DNA of 62,960 nucleotides, the filler included, from Sphacelaria rigidula (taxonomy: Eukaryota), in assembly GCA_964200075.2 (NCBI GenBank). It is 11 parts of 11 records of this genome, joined end to end, with 100 filler letters (N's around TTAATTAATTAA, not from the genome) between each part and the next. Parts side by side here need not be neighbours in the genome. Positions count along the whole stretch, not along the records: positions 1 to 5,633 come from CAXNAA020025701.1; positions 5,734 to 11,366 come from CAXNAA020025702.1; positions 11,467 to 17,099 come from CAXNAA020025703.1; 8 more parts are not named here. One strand, given 5' to 3'. The notes below the pieces were generated by a model, which did not search any database, had not been told where the DNA came from, and saw only the letters and a program-made list of their open reading frames with translations. Made by a program: the position numbers and the translations under genes. This document shows, piece by piece, positions 1 through 11,772 of this stretch. How positions within the stretch are numbered: the stretch's first letter is position 1; every line of letters starts with the position of its first letter.

Positions 1-2
1 TG

Positions 3-656
3 GTGATACCCGGTCTCAGCCTTAAGGTCAGTATGCAGGGACGCAAAGTACGAGAACGGACGGTGTCGGCAGCCAATGTGAAGAAATTTCATGTGCGCCC
101 TGAACAGCTGCGACACCCGTTTGAAGACGAGTATTCTCAGTTAGCATGGGGGGCTGAGCTGGGTTTGGCTGAGGGGATCGAGGTCGTCCTACAACTGTAC
201 ACACTGACAGGTAGAAAGGTGGTGCTAGGAGCAGGATCGTCATGGGAGTGGGCCTATCGAGGGTTATTTCATGACGGAGCTGAATCTCATTGGCTTTCTG
301 AGGAGGAAGTGTTGGACAGCTTCACTGGGTTGCAGCTGGACGTGTTTCATGCTTTGTGGGAACTATATCACCCGCAAGCCAAATCACGCCCATCTGTTAC
401 GCCATCTCGAGCGGAAAGAGACTCTATCGCTCGGGATGAAGCTTTAAGACAGATTCCTCGAGGGACTAAAATCCGTAAACGGTTTGTAGACAACCAAGAT
501 GAGCAGCAGGAGTTCGACGGAGAGGTGTTCGATTTCCGTCAACCGTATTACCGTATCAAGTATGAGGATGGAGACTGGGAAGAGATGACGCCTTTGGAGG
601 CGCGAAAATATACGGTGAATGGGCAAGATACCGGAACAGTTTCAGGGTCTAACTGA
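3..656 (+). mobile_element. pol: 3' end of Ty3/gypsy pol ORF (integrase C-terminus with chromo-like and Tudor-like domains), 5'-truncated by scaffold start
   Basis: Open 217-aa frame. LYTLTGRKVV...WEWAYRGLFHDGAESHWLSEEEV is chromodomain-like; GTKIRKRF...FDGEVFDFRQPYYRIKYEDGDWEEM is Tudor-like. Followed by a polypurine tract and a TG-start LTR. Confidence 0.7.
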
Positions 657-835
657 TCAAGAGAAGGGATCGTCCTGCACGGTGTTTAAATCCCTTACGT
701 GGTCTAACCCGGCAGAACGATTATCAAGATCGACGGCTAGACCGAGACGCCGAGTACTCTGAAAGAGGGACATAGTATCGCGGCGATCCATCGTGTAAAC
801 CACGTTCAGTCCCAGGGTTTTTCAATCCTAGGACT

Positions 836-844
836 GAGGGGGGG
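836..844 (+). other. Polypurine tract of LTR retrotransposon
   Basis: GAGGGGGGG immediately before TGTTACG at 845. Confidence 0.65.
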
Positions 845-1381
845 TGTTACGGATCGCAGCGCGGCGTGATGGAGATAGTACGATGATGGGCCGTCGGTTT
901 CAAAACGACACTATGCCCGGAGGGCTGATCGCGGGAACTAGCTAGTACCGTGGTCAGGGGTGAAGGCGATGTAATCCGTCAAAAGACGGCATACACAAAC
1001 ATGCCTCTTTACATCTGGTTGGATCCGGTTCTTCACAAGAATCGATCCAGCTGGCACCCTGGGATTCACTCTCTTTTGAGTGCTGAGGTCAATCCCACCA
1101 AGTGGAAAAAGAAATCGAATCGACCTGAAGCGGTGATCAAGATATCGTGACGTTCGTCGTGTATCGTTCTGCATTGGGCTTTCCCACGTGCTGTAAGCTT
1201 GCTCTTGTTTCAGGCATAACGGTGAGACTGTACCGAGGTTGGATCAGGCAACGAGCAGATAGATGCAAGAAGATCGGCATGATAGTAAAATCGAACTTTG
1301 TGCACAAATGAAATGGTGGAATGTGTAATCCTATAGTAAAAGTAAGTCATATCATGCATGAGCTAGCGAGACATCGTAACG
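845..1381 (+). repeat. Putative 3' LTR
   Basis: Starts TGTTACG after the PPT; inverted CGTAAC at 1375-1380 suggests the end, with the terminal A degenerate. No 5' LTR in the window to confirm. Confidence 0.45.
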
Positions 1382-1494
1382 TGCATGATCGAAATGCTAT
1401 TGTTGTTCGCTCTAGTACTCGACTTGTACAGTAGGGACATGCATGTGGACGACCGCTATGGCCAACTATATTCCGTTTGTATCATATGCCGGTC

Positions 1495-1816
1495 GCCCCG
1501 GTGGCTTTTTTGGTAATCTCGAAACCTTCTGACAGTTGGGTCGTTGGTTCGACTCTCGGTGCCGTCCCACGATCTGGGATTTTTTCTCACACAATTACCA
1601 ACAGTGGAGATCGACTTCGTCGTGGGTACACATGATTCGACTTCACGGTCGACAAAGGAAAGGGACTGCTGAACCCCTCTCGCAATAGAACATAAGGCAG
1701 GCACCGCAGAAGGAAGATCGAGTACTAAAAAAACACAAACTCTTGGGATGGCATTTCTCCTGTGTGACCGCACATATTCCGAAAGGTGCCTAGACTGGCA
1801 TCCAGAGTAGATGGGA
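1495..1816 (+). mobile_element. tRNA-derived SINE (family S1), copy without CA tail
   Basis: A-box-like TGGCTTTTTTGG and B-box GGTTCGACTC; body AAAGGGACTGCTGAACCCCTCTCGC...GCACCGCAGAAGGAAG...GACTGGCATCC shared with 53174-53526, 57378-57590 and (3' part) 35813-35930. Confidence 0.7.
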
Positions 1817-4800
1817 ATCATCGAGTTGATGAGCACGGGTTGTCGTGCAAGAATTAAACTCACATCATTTTTTTCCCGTTGTTTTCCGTCATCCTCGATC
1901 GAACGTATATCACCCGAGATTTCTGTGTCGGTGGACACGCATGCGCTACTCAAGCCCCACGTACCGCAGAGGGGTCAACAAGATTGAATTGTTCAGGCCT
2001 TTTTATGACCAGGCCCTGCCAGGCCAGGTCTGGGCTTTATTTCCCTCCGCCAGCTAGCTAAAGCCCAGGCCAGTATATAGATGATATTTTCACAAGAACC
2101 ATGTCATCACGAAGCAAGCTTACGATTTACCTTCAAAAAGGGGTGGTGCTCTAGCACACGGAGTCGCACACGCGAGATACATGTTTACGTCATTGTTCGC
2201 TGTCCGATGTTAGGTGTGTGTAGTACTTGGTCGCCTTCGCCATCGCATCTCTAAAGAAATAACTTCTATCGCGGCAACGACTCTATCTTTACCGCAAGAT
2301 ACGCCAACCCTGGCCTGGCGATGGACATCGCGTGAGTACTGTCTATACGTCACCGATCGACACGAGCCGTCCAGAACAAGAGCCCGACGACCAACAACAG
2401 GGATCCAGCAGCATTGACGCTGGTATAGTCCCTTTCTCGGGATTGTGCAGTCTGGGAGCATTAAATATGGCACAAACTCGACGGTAGCACCGTCTTATGT
2501 CCTGCTTTGTATCCAAAGTCGTATAGGGTACACACATAAGGAGCAACGTGAGCGCCAACGGAGACTTCAGCACCAAACCCGGCCACAGCAGCCATACCAC
2601 AGGCGCGACGATGCTTGTAGCGAACGTTGGGTACACCAACCCGTACACAGAAAGACAAAGCACCCCCGAACACACTACAGTATTTCTGTCATTATTATAA
2701 ACACACATCGCAGCAGCTCGATCTCTCGAACCCGTGGTCAAAGACGTGAGCTCGCATATCGAGCATCCTACCGTCCATACTATTCCTCTCAGACGTACAG
2801 CAACCGTGTGTTGTACACCGCCAGCGATTGATCGACTCGATCTCATCATGCGGGAAAATAATCACCAAGTGTAATCATAAATATTTGCTACCACGTCTGT
2901 GTCGTTCACGGCGCCTTCGTTATTTATTTGGCGCAAGTGGGGGTGGTATCAGGTTGGTGCTGGAGGTTATACTCGGGAAGATTTTGATCAATCAAACGAC
3001 ACCTCGGCTACAATCGTTTCACTGTGCACAATCTCCGTATAAAAATGTGTGAACAACGACACTCCATCCACCGCGCAGCCGCAGCGGAGGATAACGGTTA
3101 GGGGCTGCAGGGGAGAGATACCTGATGCTAGCATGGAAGGTTTGTGAGATTAAGGGAAATTCTCGTCGCTGTCCCAGCTGGACGCGCTACGTACGCAGGT
3201 GAGGCCAAATAAAGCTCCTCCTTGTGAGGTGGTGTAGTGGGCGGTCCACCATATCACCCGCATACGATTAACTGCTCGGTGTCTCGTGACTAGAAGCCTA
3301 CTATGGCGACGTCGTGGACAGACGGGGTCTTGAAGAGGCTTGTCGATCTCGTTTGGTGGTGCACGTTTATGGAGAAATGCAGGACCCGCCTTCTCGAGAT
3401 AAGTGACGACGGAGAACTCGTCGCCGATAGAGGGGGTGATATACCCCGTCATTGGTTTTTTTACCACATGCAGTGTGTTCCACGGACGAAGGTATAGTGC
3501 AGGACAGGACAGTACGGTCTGCTAGAAAAAGTGACCGATTCCGTCTATTTGCATGCCACGCAATGACTGCGCTCGAATACAAGTCGTTTGCATACGCTGA
3601 ATTGTTGTTCTCTTGATGGCCCTGGTCCGTACGTTCATACAACCTTGACTGCACTCCACTTGGGCATGTCGCGTGTTCCACAACACGCTAAAGCGTAAAG
3701 CTCTTCAATTACAGCTGGTCCCTCTGGGTGGATGGATGTCTTGCCTCAAGTCTTTCGGTCCGACCGTCCCGCGTCCACCGGCCGTCTCATTCATCGCCGC
3801 GGCGTGAAGGCAACAGGGGAGTCGTGTGTAAGGGTCGCAGGTGCGGTCTATGACTTTGCTCTTTTGGTACAGGTACAGGACAGCAATGCACGGCCTCGCA
3901 GAACAACACAAACGTACACCGATTCCCTTGTTTCTGGCTACCATGTCCCAGAATCGTAAACGGAGCAGCCGATTAGTTGGAGGCAGTGCAAGGGGGCCTA
4001 CCAGTCGCAGGCCAGCTCGCCCCCTCCCTCCCCCTCCCCTTATCGGCTGTTCACAATGCTGAAAAGCCACGGCAGAAACGTTTCTTTCGTGTTTCTCGAC
4101 CAGCCTACGCAAGTGCACAACGCCTTCACCACTCGGGGATCGCCGGTGCGCGAGCTGCTAAAGTTCGAGAAGATCCCGTGTGTCAGTTCTCCTGGTGGGT
4201 ATGGGAAGGGGTAGTTCGACCACTGGATTATCAACTTCGACTGTCGCAGTTGATCGGAATAAGGTCTTGACTCCGGAGCCCTGAGCTGGACCCTAGATCG
4301 ATACTTCACGAGGAATGTGAGAAACGGTCCATTCCTCGTGATAGCAGGCAAGTGAAGGGTTCCGGACGCCGGTTTTCTGCGGAATGGGATGTTTTCGGAA
4401 ATAAGCGGGCAAAATGGAAATACGCTATGAACCAAAACATTCACAAAATACCATACTAGTTGCCATCTGAATATCGCGTCTTGACGACCCCGGCGGTTGC
4501 GCAGGAATCGAGCACAGATCACGTGCATCCAGCTTCACATTTGCCCAGTTGACCCTGGCTGATGACGGTGCAGCCGCAGGCTCGTGGGCGAGTGCTTGGC
4601 GACAGTCCCTAGTGCCACTCGGAATAGATAAGAGCGATAGCTGAGAACACCACGCCGTATCGTGTCCTGTATTTTGCAAAGGCAACCCTCAGTGGCTCGC
4701 CGTCGACGTTTCGTTCCACAACACATCGCCCGAGTAAAACTCAGGCAAGCAACGGCCTTTGGTCAGCGTTTGTGGGGCCGATATCACTCTTCATCTCTTT

Positions 4801-5633
4801 TGCGCCGCCGTACGCACAATGGTACCGGTATCTATTGACGGCAGACCACTGGAGTACTGTGACAGGAAACATACTAGTCATTTTGACATCCAACACAGGC
4901 AGTACAGCACCGTACTTTCTGTACTGTACGTTGTTTCAATTTCAAGTACATGGTTGCACATATCCCGGGGACTATCAGCCGAAATATTCTTCCGAAACGA
5001 GGCCCGCCACTGAAAAGGTTAATTATTTACCCTGCTGTGCGTCACATGCCCAACAGCATCAAAAACAGACCAATCCCCACTCATGGTTGTCATTAGTACT
5101 ACTGCACCTACCACGTTGGTCGTGGATGTTGTAGCTATCATGCTGGATGTGTGGTACACTTTATAAATAATACCAACCAGCAGAAATATTTTTTGTGTCC
5201 ACTTTGGTGGGTTGATACCTTCGCTTGCCTCCGGGTGTCTGAGCTTCACGTATACCCAATTTCCGAATGTAATACTGTAAGGCGCACACGAAGGAGGAGG
5301 AGGCTTGCGTGCTCTCGGTGTTACTGAGACAGAACCAATTTTGTGACGAGTTTGAGTGAAATACTGGAATGGGTAGACCCGAACACAAAGCGAAAATCTA
5401 ATAGGGGGGTCATGGCTCATTGCTACAATATTCTCTGACTCTGCAGCGTGTTTGCACTTCGACTCGGCGTTTGTGTGGTACTTTTAGTGACATTCAAAGA
5501 CCCTGATCGAGAGTTTGAAAATGGATCCTATTCGAGGGGCTGTTGATGCTTTTCTTCCATCAATCCTTCCACGGTTAGGACAAATCATCACGACTCAAAA
5601 TCACCAAATTCACGAATTCTTCTGCCTGATTGC

Positions 5634-5733
5634 NNNNNNNNNNNNNNNNNNNNNNNNNNNNNNNNNNNNNNNNNNNNTTAATTAATTAANNNNNNNNNNN
5701 NNNNNNNNNNNNNNNNNNNNNNNNNNNNNNNNN
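5634..5733. other. Artificial scaffold linker (first of 10)
   Basis: 44 N + TTAATTAATTAA (stops in all six frames) + 44 N. Others start at 11367, 17100, 22833, 28566, 34299, 40032, 45765, 51497, 57229. Confidence 0.98.
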
Positions 5734-5943
5734 GGGGGGCGTTCGGGCGTCCTCGTGAAACAACGGCGGTTTCCACACTAAAATGCCCTAAACCAGTGAA
5801 AAAAAAAAAACTGACCCACTTTGTTACGTCAATTATGCCCTAGCCACGGCCCACACAAATTTTCAACACACAAACACCAAACGTGGGCCGGTAAGCGGCC
5901 TGCAAAATACTGTTCCGAATTTCTTCTGATCCCGTCACTAAAC

Positions 5944-6223
5944 GGCTCATTATACGGCCAATACTTGGAGTTGGACCCTGAAATTTGGTATGGACAACGA
6001 ATAGGGCATAATAGAAAAAAATACCGGGGCACACAAGGGGTTTTGTTTTTTTCATGAGTCAAGGGCAATAATCAGTTTTCGGACATCGGTAAAAATGCCG
6101 CTATTTCATGAAAAACAAAACGAAAAGTCCTTGGGTGCACTATTAATTGTTTTTATTATGCCCCATCCATTGTCCATACTACATTTCAGGGTCGAACTCC
6201 AAATATTGGCCGTATAATGGGCC
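5944..6223. repeat. Foldback/MITE-like inverted repeat, arms ~110 bp
   Basis: CATTATACGGCCAATACTTGGAGTTGGACCCTGAAAT..GTATGGACAA..GGGCATAATA mirrored by TATTATGCCC..TTGTCCATAC..ATTTCAGGGTCGAACTCCAAATATTGGCCGTATAATG; opposite-strand ORFs give near-identical peptides. Confidence 0.85.
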
Positions 6224-6247
6224 TACAAACTACAGAATCGCCTCTCG

Positions 6248-6389
6248 GCTAGCCCAGCTCGTGAAACGAACCCAAACTTGGGAATTCCCAGCTGCTCGTT
6301 GTGCTCGGCTTTTCCCATTTCGATTTCCGTGAAGATTTTGCCTCCCGAAACCATGTACGTTTTGGGGGGGGGCTATCGTAGAAAGTGTC
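6248..6389. mobile_element. Partial copy of GACAC-terminated MITE family
   Basis: Ends GGGGGGCTATCGTAGAAAGTGTC; internal sequence is the reverse complement of the left part of the 9480-9726 copy. Confidence 0.7.
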
Positions 6390-6479
6390 ATTGGTTCCAT
6401 GTGTATTACGGTACATCGACAGCATGGTACAGCGTATGTAAAGTATATTTCCTGACCGAGAAGGGCACAATGGATATCA

Positions 6480-6690
6480 TGCAATATTGCACGGCATATA
6501 TCATCATCGTCGATGACTTTAGTCGTGTGTAGCTTGTGCAGAGATAAATGTAATATATGGGCATGATTTGCCTCGTAGCATCGGCGGTGTCCATCTCTCT
6601 GACCCGTCCCGAGCTTCCAGATAACCTCACCGGATCCTTCCCCGTGCCCATGTAGTGATCCAGATCTTCACCAGGTGGCACCTATTTTTG
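6480..6690. mobile_element. Ty1/copia remnants (integrase fragment on +, gag-like fragment on -)
   Basis: YIIIVDDFSR (+) matches the copia integrase VDDFSR motif; MPPGEDLDHY...EM (-) resembles copia gag. Confidence 0.4.
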
Positions 6691-6699
6691 CCATAATTA

Positions 6700-7720
6700 T
6701 ACAACGATCCGCCGCGAAACCAAGCAGTGGAACATTGAAATTGAGCACTGCAATGCTAGCGTGTACCAGTTGCAACGGATTTATGATCGCTTTCTCCCTA
6801 TAGCCGGTCGATATGCAACGAAATTTAAGGGGTTGGCGAGGGTGCTGCGACACTCATGTAGTAGATAAGTATCGCGCTCTGCACCGCAAGCATTACCGAG
6901 TAATACAAGCCAAAGGTGGCATTTCTCGAGAGAAACAGTGCTACAGTAGGGGTGCCGCTTTTGCGTGAAATCTTCTTCTGGTTCAGGGACTCCTAACAAT
7001 TCAAGATTACACAAGAATATGGGTCAGAGCATCCCCGTTTGCAAATTCATTCGGGAAATCTCTAGCACATTGAAATAGTAATCCTGGCGTACTCCAACAT
7101 ATTTCGTAAGTGGTGTTTTGGATGAGATACAGGGCTACTGACAATTATAACCCCAGAAAATATTTGTGCATCCCTACCGTAGCCTCAGAGAGGATGGTGT
7201 ATTGCGATGCATAAGCATTTTCTTCGCAAGCAATCGTCTGGCTAAAAACGAACTATACCGTACTACCAATCTAGCAAAAGCCTTTCGACCTGTTCCGACA
7301 GGTCGGCACGTCAATAGTTGAGTACTCGGTGCGTTTGATTAGACCCCTAAGCTCCCACAGTAACAAGTACTGGGTCGGCGGCTTACATACTGCAAGGTGA
7401 TCAAAATACACCGTAGAGCACCCTCACCAGCTTCAACATGATTGGAAGAAAGAAGTCCGTCAGGGCAAACGGTCGGAACGATCTTCCTGAATCATCCGCC
7501 GCCACCGGGATGCCGCAGAGCTTAGCGAAAAGCGTGATTCGTGGATGGCCTTTGCCCTCTTTACTGCAGCGGTGACGAACAGAAAAATGCGAGGATGTAA
7601 TTGTGCGAAGTACCTCGAAGGTGATACACCGTCTGGGCCTTCATCACGACGTCAGTTCCAATAGGTTTAACGGTTCTATTGCGGGGTAGGCTTGACTGTA
7701 CCGGAGGGCCAGAGACCTCC
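6700..7720 (-). pseudogene. Highly decayed Ty1/copia reverse transcriptase, interrupted by a MITE
   Basis: Ordered minus-strand relics: PRNRTVKPIGTDVVMK (~K.IGSRWVFK), MLKLVRVLYGVF*SP (~KLKKSLYGLKQSP), LVLLGNA..ERD (~LVLGM...RD); many stops and frameshifts. Confidence 0.45.
6940..7183. mobile_element. MITE with GCTAC(A/G)GTAGGGGTGC TIRs (Tc1/mariner-like if TA is the TSD)
   Basis: TIRs GCTACAGTAGGGGTGC / GCATCCCTACCGTAGC; second copy at 10409-10650. Confidence 0.75.
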
Positions 7721-8329
7721 GTAACGTGGGTGCGAACCAGGGTTCCAAAAAGCAACTGCGCGTATGCGCCAGCACAGTTTATTTCAGGGCGATTTGCGGC
7801 TTGCCCCCCCAAAAAATTGAGGGCATATTTTTCGCTGAAGGCAAACGAAATGTATGCAGGCGTACTTTTCGCCAGCGGGCTAAAAAACGAACTGCGGCCG
7901 TTCGGCACATGTAGTGGTCTGCCCGAAAGGCACCGTGCAGGTATTTGTAAACAAGCAGGACAAAATGGACCATTACAACCCATATTTTGATCAATTTTAG
8001 GTGCCTCTTGACGGAAAAGCCAGTATATTAATCGTATGCATACTGATGTCAAAAACACTCCAATTAATAGACCGAAGTGAACGATGATATTCTGATTTTG
8101 ATCGAGGTTTGTCGTATCTTGACGTGTTAAGGTCAGGGGTCCTATATATATATATATATATATGTTACGCACGCACATCGCATAGCTATTGTATACATGT
8201 TGAACACGCTCGCGGAGGAATATATTGAGCATTTTCGGCATGTGGCAATACATCTCTCAATGGCGCCCGCGAACATGGAACTGCCCACCATACTAATTCC
8301 AGTACACTTTCCAATCTATATCTTGAAAA

Positions 8330-8730
8330 TCAATATACACCAATATGTATTGTGACCGCCCCTTACCTTATATATTGCCGCCCCAATGTGTATTGTCCGC
8401 CCAATATATATGGGACGCATTGACGCACGACACATTGGGGCGGCAATATATGTTAGCGCTTGCGGTGTTGAGTATATTGAATAATCAACGTATATATTGG
8501 CCTCGTGTGGCAGCCAATATATCACTCGACAAATATATATTAGCGCCTTACCGCACCAACATGCTACTCGGCCAATATATATATATTGAGGTGACGCGTG
8601 TCGTGATATATTGTTCGGTCGATATTTATTGCATGTCGCGAGGCTTGACATATTGATGGCACAATATATATTGACCCTCTATCGTGCTACCATGTATTGA
8701 CTACCCGACGTGTCGACATATTGAGCGGGA
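8330..8730. repeat. Degenerate array of palindromic CAATATATATTG-like units
   Basis: Many CAATAT/ATATTG motifs at ~20-40 bp spacing. Confidence 0.7.
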
Positions 8731-8959
8731 AATACATACTACATGTTGTATGGTCCAGGGTGTGAACAACATGCACTACAGTGTTCAAAAGCAATGAGAC
8801 AAGAAGGGAGAGTATAATACACCCTTAAACTTAATTAGTAGTCTCGTTCCGGGAGCTCAGACACCGAAGAATGGGACAGCTGAAGACGTATCAGACGCTA
8901 GACGACGTGGTTGACTAATCCTACACCGTAGTGCTGAGATCCCTGGGGCGATGAGTCAC

Positions 8960-9193
8960 TTTCCCCCCAAGGATACGAATGGTTTTGGGAGGCAATCTCT
9001 TCACGTAAATCGAAATGGGAAAGGCCGAGCACAACAAGCAGCTGGGAAATCCCACGTTCGGGTTCGTTCTAGCCAATGTCGCCAATATGAGGCTCTTCAT
9101 GTAGCCTGAACCCAAACATTAGACGCTGTATGACCATCATTTTGGTGACACCGTTGGGCTGGTTTTTGGAGGGGGGCTATCGTAGAAAGTGTC
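8960..9193. mobile_element. GACAC-terminated MITE, left end eroded
   Basis: Collinear with 9480-9726; right TIR GGGGGCTATCGTAGAAAGTGTC. Confidence 0.75.
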
Positions 9194-9479
9194 ATGAGCG
9201 AGTGCCACTGTGGGGGCTCGTGCGAAAGACCTGGTATTCGGCCTCAAGACATGTTTTCACTCAAAGTCATAACTATAAAAATATCTAGCTCTTCAAGCTC
9301 CCACGTACGTATATATCGTATCGTCGAACTCTTACATATCCACGTCGTCCAACACGATAGCGACCAGCGACGTACTTGTTTTCTAAACGTTAAACTAAGC
9401 TAACAGTTATCGAGATGCCGCTCAAATATTTGCCTAAGAAATACATTGCTCGTACCCGCTGTTCATACCAGACACAACT

Positions 9480-9726
9480 GACACTTTCTACGATAGCCCG
9501 CCCCAAAACGTGCATGGTTTTTTTAGACAAATTGTTCGCATAAGTCGAAATGGAAAAGCCGAGCACAACGAGAAGCTGGGAATTCCCACGCTTGGATTTG
9601 TTCTAGCCAATGTCGCCAATATGAGACGCTTCATGCAGCCTGAACTCAAACAAAAGGCGCTGTAGGGCAATATGTTTCGTGGCACTTTGGAGCTGGTTTT
9701 GGGGGGGGTCTTTTGTAGAAAGTGTC
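9480..9726. mobile_element. MITE with GACACTTTCTAC TIRs and 4-bp TSD AACT (Sola-like, inferred)
   Basis: AACT|GACACTTTCTACGATAG ... GTAGAAAGTGTC|AACT. Confidence 0.85.
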
Positions 9727-9792
9727 AACTGAGCAAGTGCAATCTCTATCACACAACATATACCTCTCATGGGTGAAGCACTTGTAAACCAA

Positions 9793-10120
9793 CACACGCG
9801 GCCATTTGGCTACCTCCAAACTTCCTCCAGGTGGGTACACTTTTCGAGCCTCCAGAGGAATCAAACGCCTCCGGAGGGGTGCGCGGCCCTCCGGGGCGGA
9901 AGAGTTTGGTTCCCTCCAGAGAGGTTGAACGCCTCCGGAGGCTTATTCTTGCCTCCGGAGGGCCGCGCATACCCCCAAATTCCCCCGGAGGGATGCGCAG
10001 CCCTCCGAGGCGGTAGAGTTTGGTCTCCTCCAGAGGGATGGAAGGCCTCCGGAGACTTATTTTCCCCCTGGAGGGCCGCGCATCCTTCTGAAGGCAATTT
10101 CGGGTGTAACCAAATGCTGC
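9793..10120. mobile_element. MITE rich in CCTCC(G/A)GAGG palindromes (degenerate copy of 46170-46502)
   Basis: Starts CACACGCGGCCATTTGGCTACC; collinear with the 46170 copy; right TIR eroded. Confidence 0.8.
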
Positions 10121-10408
10121 TGCACCCACGCGTTCTCCCGCACCACAAAACTGTAGATCAAACAATCCTAAACGTTGAACGATGCGGGCACATTAAATTG
10201 CACGGGTACTCACCAAGACAAATGCAAAGGCACTACATGCAAAGGCATTACTATCACCAGTCAAGTGTATAAAATCGTCACGGAATATTTGGAAAAGAAA
10301 AACTGTAGAAATTCCATCGGAACGATGATTAATATACCCATCATTATTATCATGCTGAGGAGGTATTACCCTTTTTGTCCAAGAAATTTCGTGTTTGTTC
10401 AGAGCAAT

Positions 10409-10650
10409 GCTACGGTAGGGGTGCACTTTTGGCGCAAAATCGTGTGTGATTCGGGGGCTCCTAAAGATTCTAGATGCACAAGAGCATGGGTCAGGGCATT
10501 CCCGTTTGCAAATTCATTCGAGATATCCCCAGCATATTGGAGCAGTAATCCTGGCGTACTCTCACATATTCCATCAGTCGTGTTTTGGATGAGACCAGGG
10601 GCTCCTAATATTTCTGACCTCAGAAAATATTCGTGCACCCCTACCGTGGC
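10409..10650. mobile_element. MITE, second copy of the 6940-7183 family
   Basis: TIRs GCTACGGTAGGGGTGCAC / GTGCACCCCTACCGTGGC; shared internal CCCGTTTGCAAATTCATTCG...AGTAATCCTGGCGTACTC. Confidence 0.8.
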
Positions 10651-10949
10651 ATCACTTTTCAGCTTCATCGTCGAAAATCATGTACAAGCAGCCCGCCAAG
10701 GCATCTTCTCTATACAGCAGGAAGTTGGCACTAGTGGTCGCACACCTCACTTATCAGTATTATGCGACAATACATACCCGTCAGTAGGGAAGACACCTCC
10801 CAAGAGAAAACGACATTGAAAGCAAAGCACACGCATGATACCGAAAATCAACTCGTTGGAGGAGAGTCGTGTTTGGTACATGTTAGAGTAGGGATCACGT
10901 GTTGACTAATGCAACCGCACACCTGGACAGATAGCACCCTGTGGGGCGC

Positions 10950-11103
10950 ACTGTGCAGGGTCCGTACAGGGTTCTCCCCAGTCTTTGCGAAAAACCCTGG
11001 CAGTGAAAAGGCAAATCGGTACCCGTCATAGCGTTGTGGCAGGGTTTTCCCCAGGGTTGAATTTGCAACCCTGTGTAGGCTTGTCGGCAAAGCCCTGCAC
11101 AGT
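10950..11103. mobile_element. Small MITE-like element
   Basis: TIRs ACTGTGCAGGG / CCCTGCACAGT with internal CAGGG/CCCTG repeats. Confidence 0.5.
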
Positions 11104-11184
11104 TCCTTTTTTTCTTTGAGAATTCCTTTTTTTTTTTATTCCGAATTATTTGGTCCAAAATCTGTAAATTCATACATTTTAAAA

Positions 11185-11274
11185 AGCTTGTCCTGCTGTC
11201 CGAGATAAATTCCTTTTTGCCCGATTAGATCTAATCGGGCGAAAAAGAATTTATCTCGGACAGTAGGACAAGCT
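11185..11274. repeat. Near-perfect loopless 90-bp palindrome
   Basis: AGCTTGTCCTGCTGTCCGAGATAAATTC...GATTAGA|TCTAATC...GAATTTATCTCGGACAGTAGGACAAGCT, centred at 11229/11230. Confidence 0.9.
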
Positions 11275-11702
11275 ATTCAAAACAGATCATTTTCTCTCCC
11301 AATTTATTTGGGCAAAAAAAAAAAAAAAAGAAAAAGAAAAGAAACTATTTTAAATATATTCTTTTTNNNNNNNNNNNNNNNNNNNNNNNNNNNNNNNNNN
11401 NNNNNNNNNNTTAATTAATTAANNNNNNNNNNNNNNNNNNNNNNNNNNNNNNNNNNNNNNNNNNNNTTTTTCCCCATCGTTTCATTGTATTTTATTTCAT
11501 TTGCTTTGTACTTTCCCCTTCTTTTCCTTTTTTCTTGTTTCAGGTCGGCCGTTTCTTTCTGTGCTTTGCTTGTGTTGACTTTTAATTACTTCTTTTTTTT
11601 GTCACGACTTAGTCTGCTTTGTCGTTCTGTTCGACTCCTCTTTTTTTTGTTCCTTCTTTGTTTCTCAGAGCGTGTTTCATTTTCGTTTTTCTTGGGTACG
11701 TC

Positions 11703-11772
11703 TATCATGAGACCACGGCTGGACCCCTGGGGGGTCAGTCAGTTAAAGTTCGACAATCAATCAATCAAATCA
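11703..11772 (+). mobile_element. 5'-truncated non-LTR retroposon 3' end with (CAAT)n tail
   Basis: ATGAGACCACGGCTGGAC.CCTGGGGG...AGTTAAAGT..CAATCAATCAATCA; second copy at ~54324-54388. Confidence 0.6.

Noticed and set aside
3150..5600. Many short overlapping ORFs that look like decayed coding DNA
   Set aside because: No recognisable motif in the frames examined and no convincing splice chain; left unassigned.
10399..10668. ORF resembling a Helitron PIF1 helicase segment (EFAN..LGAP.SH), also GG*FRKIVP near 7480
   Set aside because: The ORF lies almost entirely within a TIR-bounded MITE, and the 7.2-7.7 kb flanks fit copia RT better.
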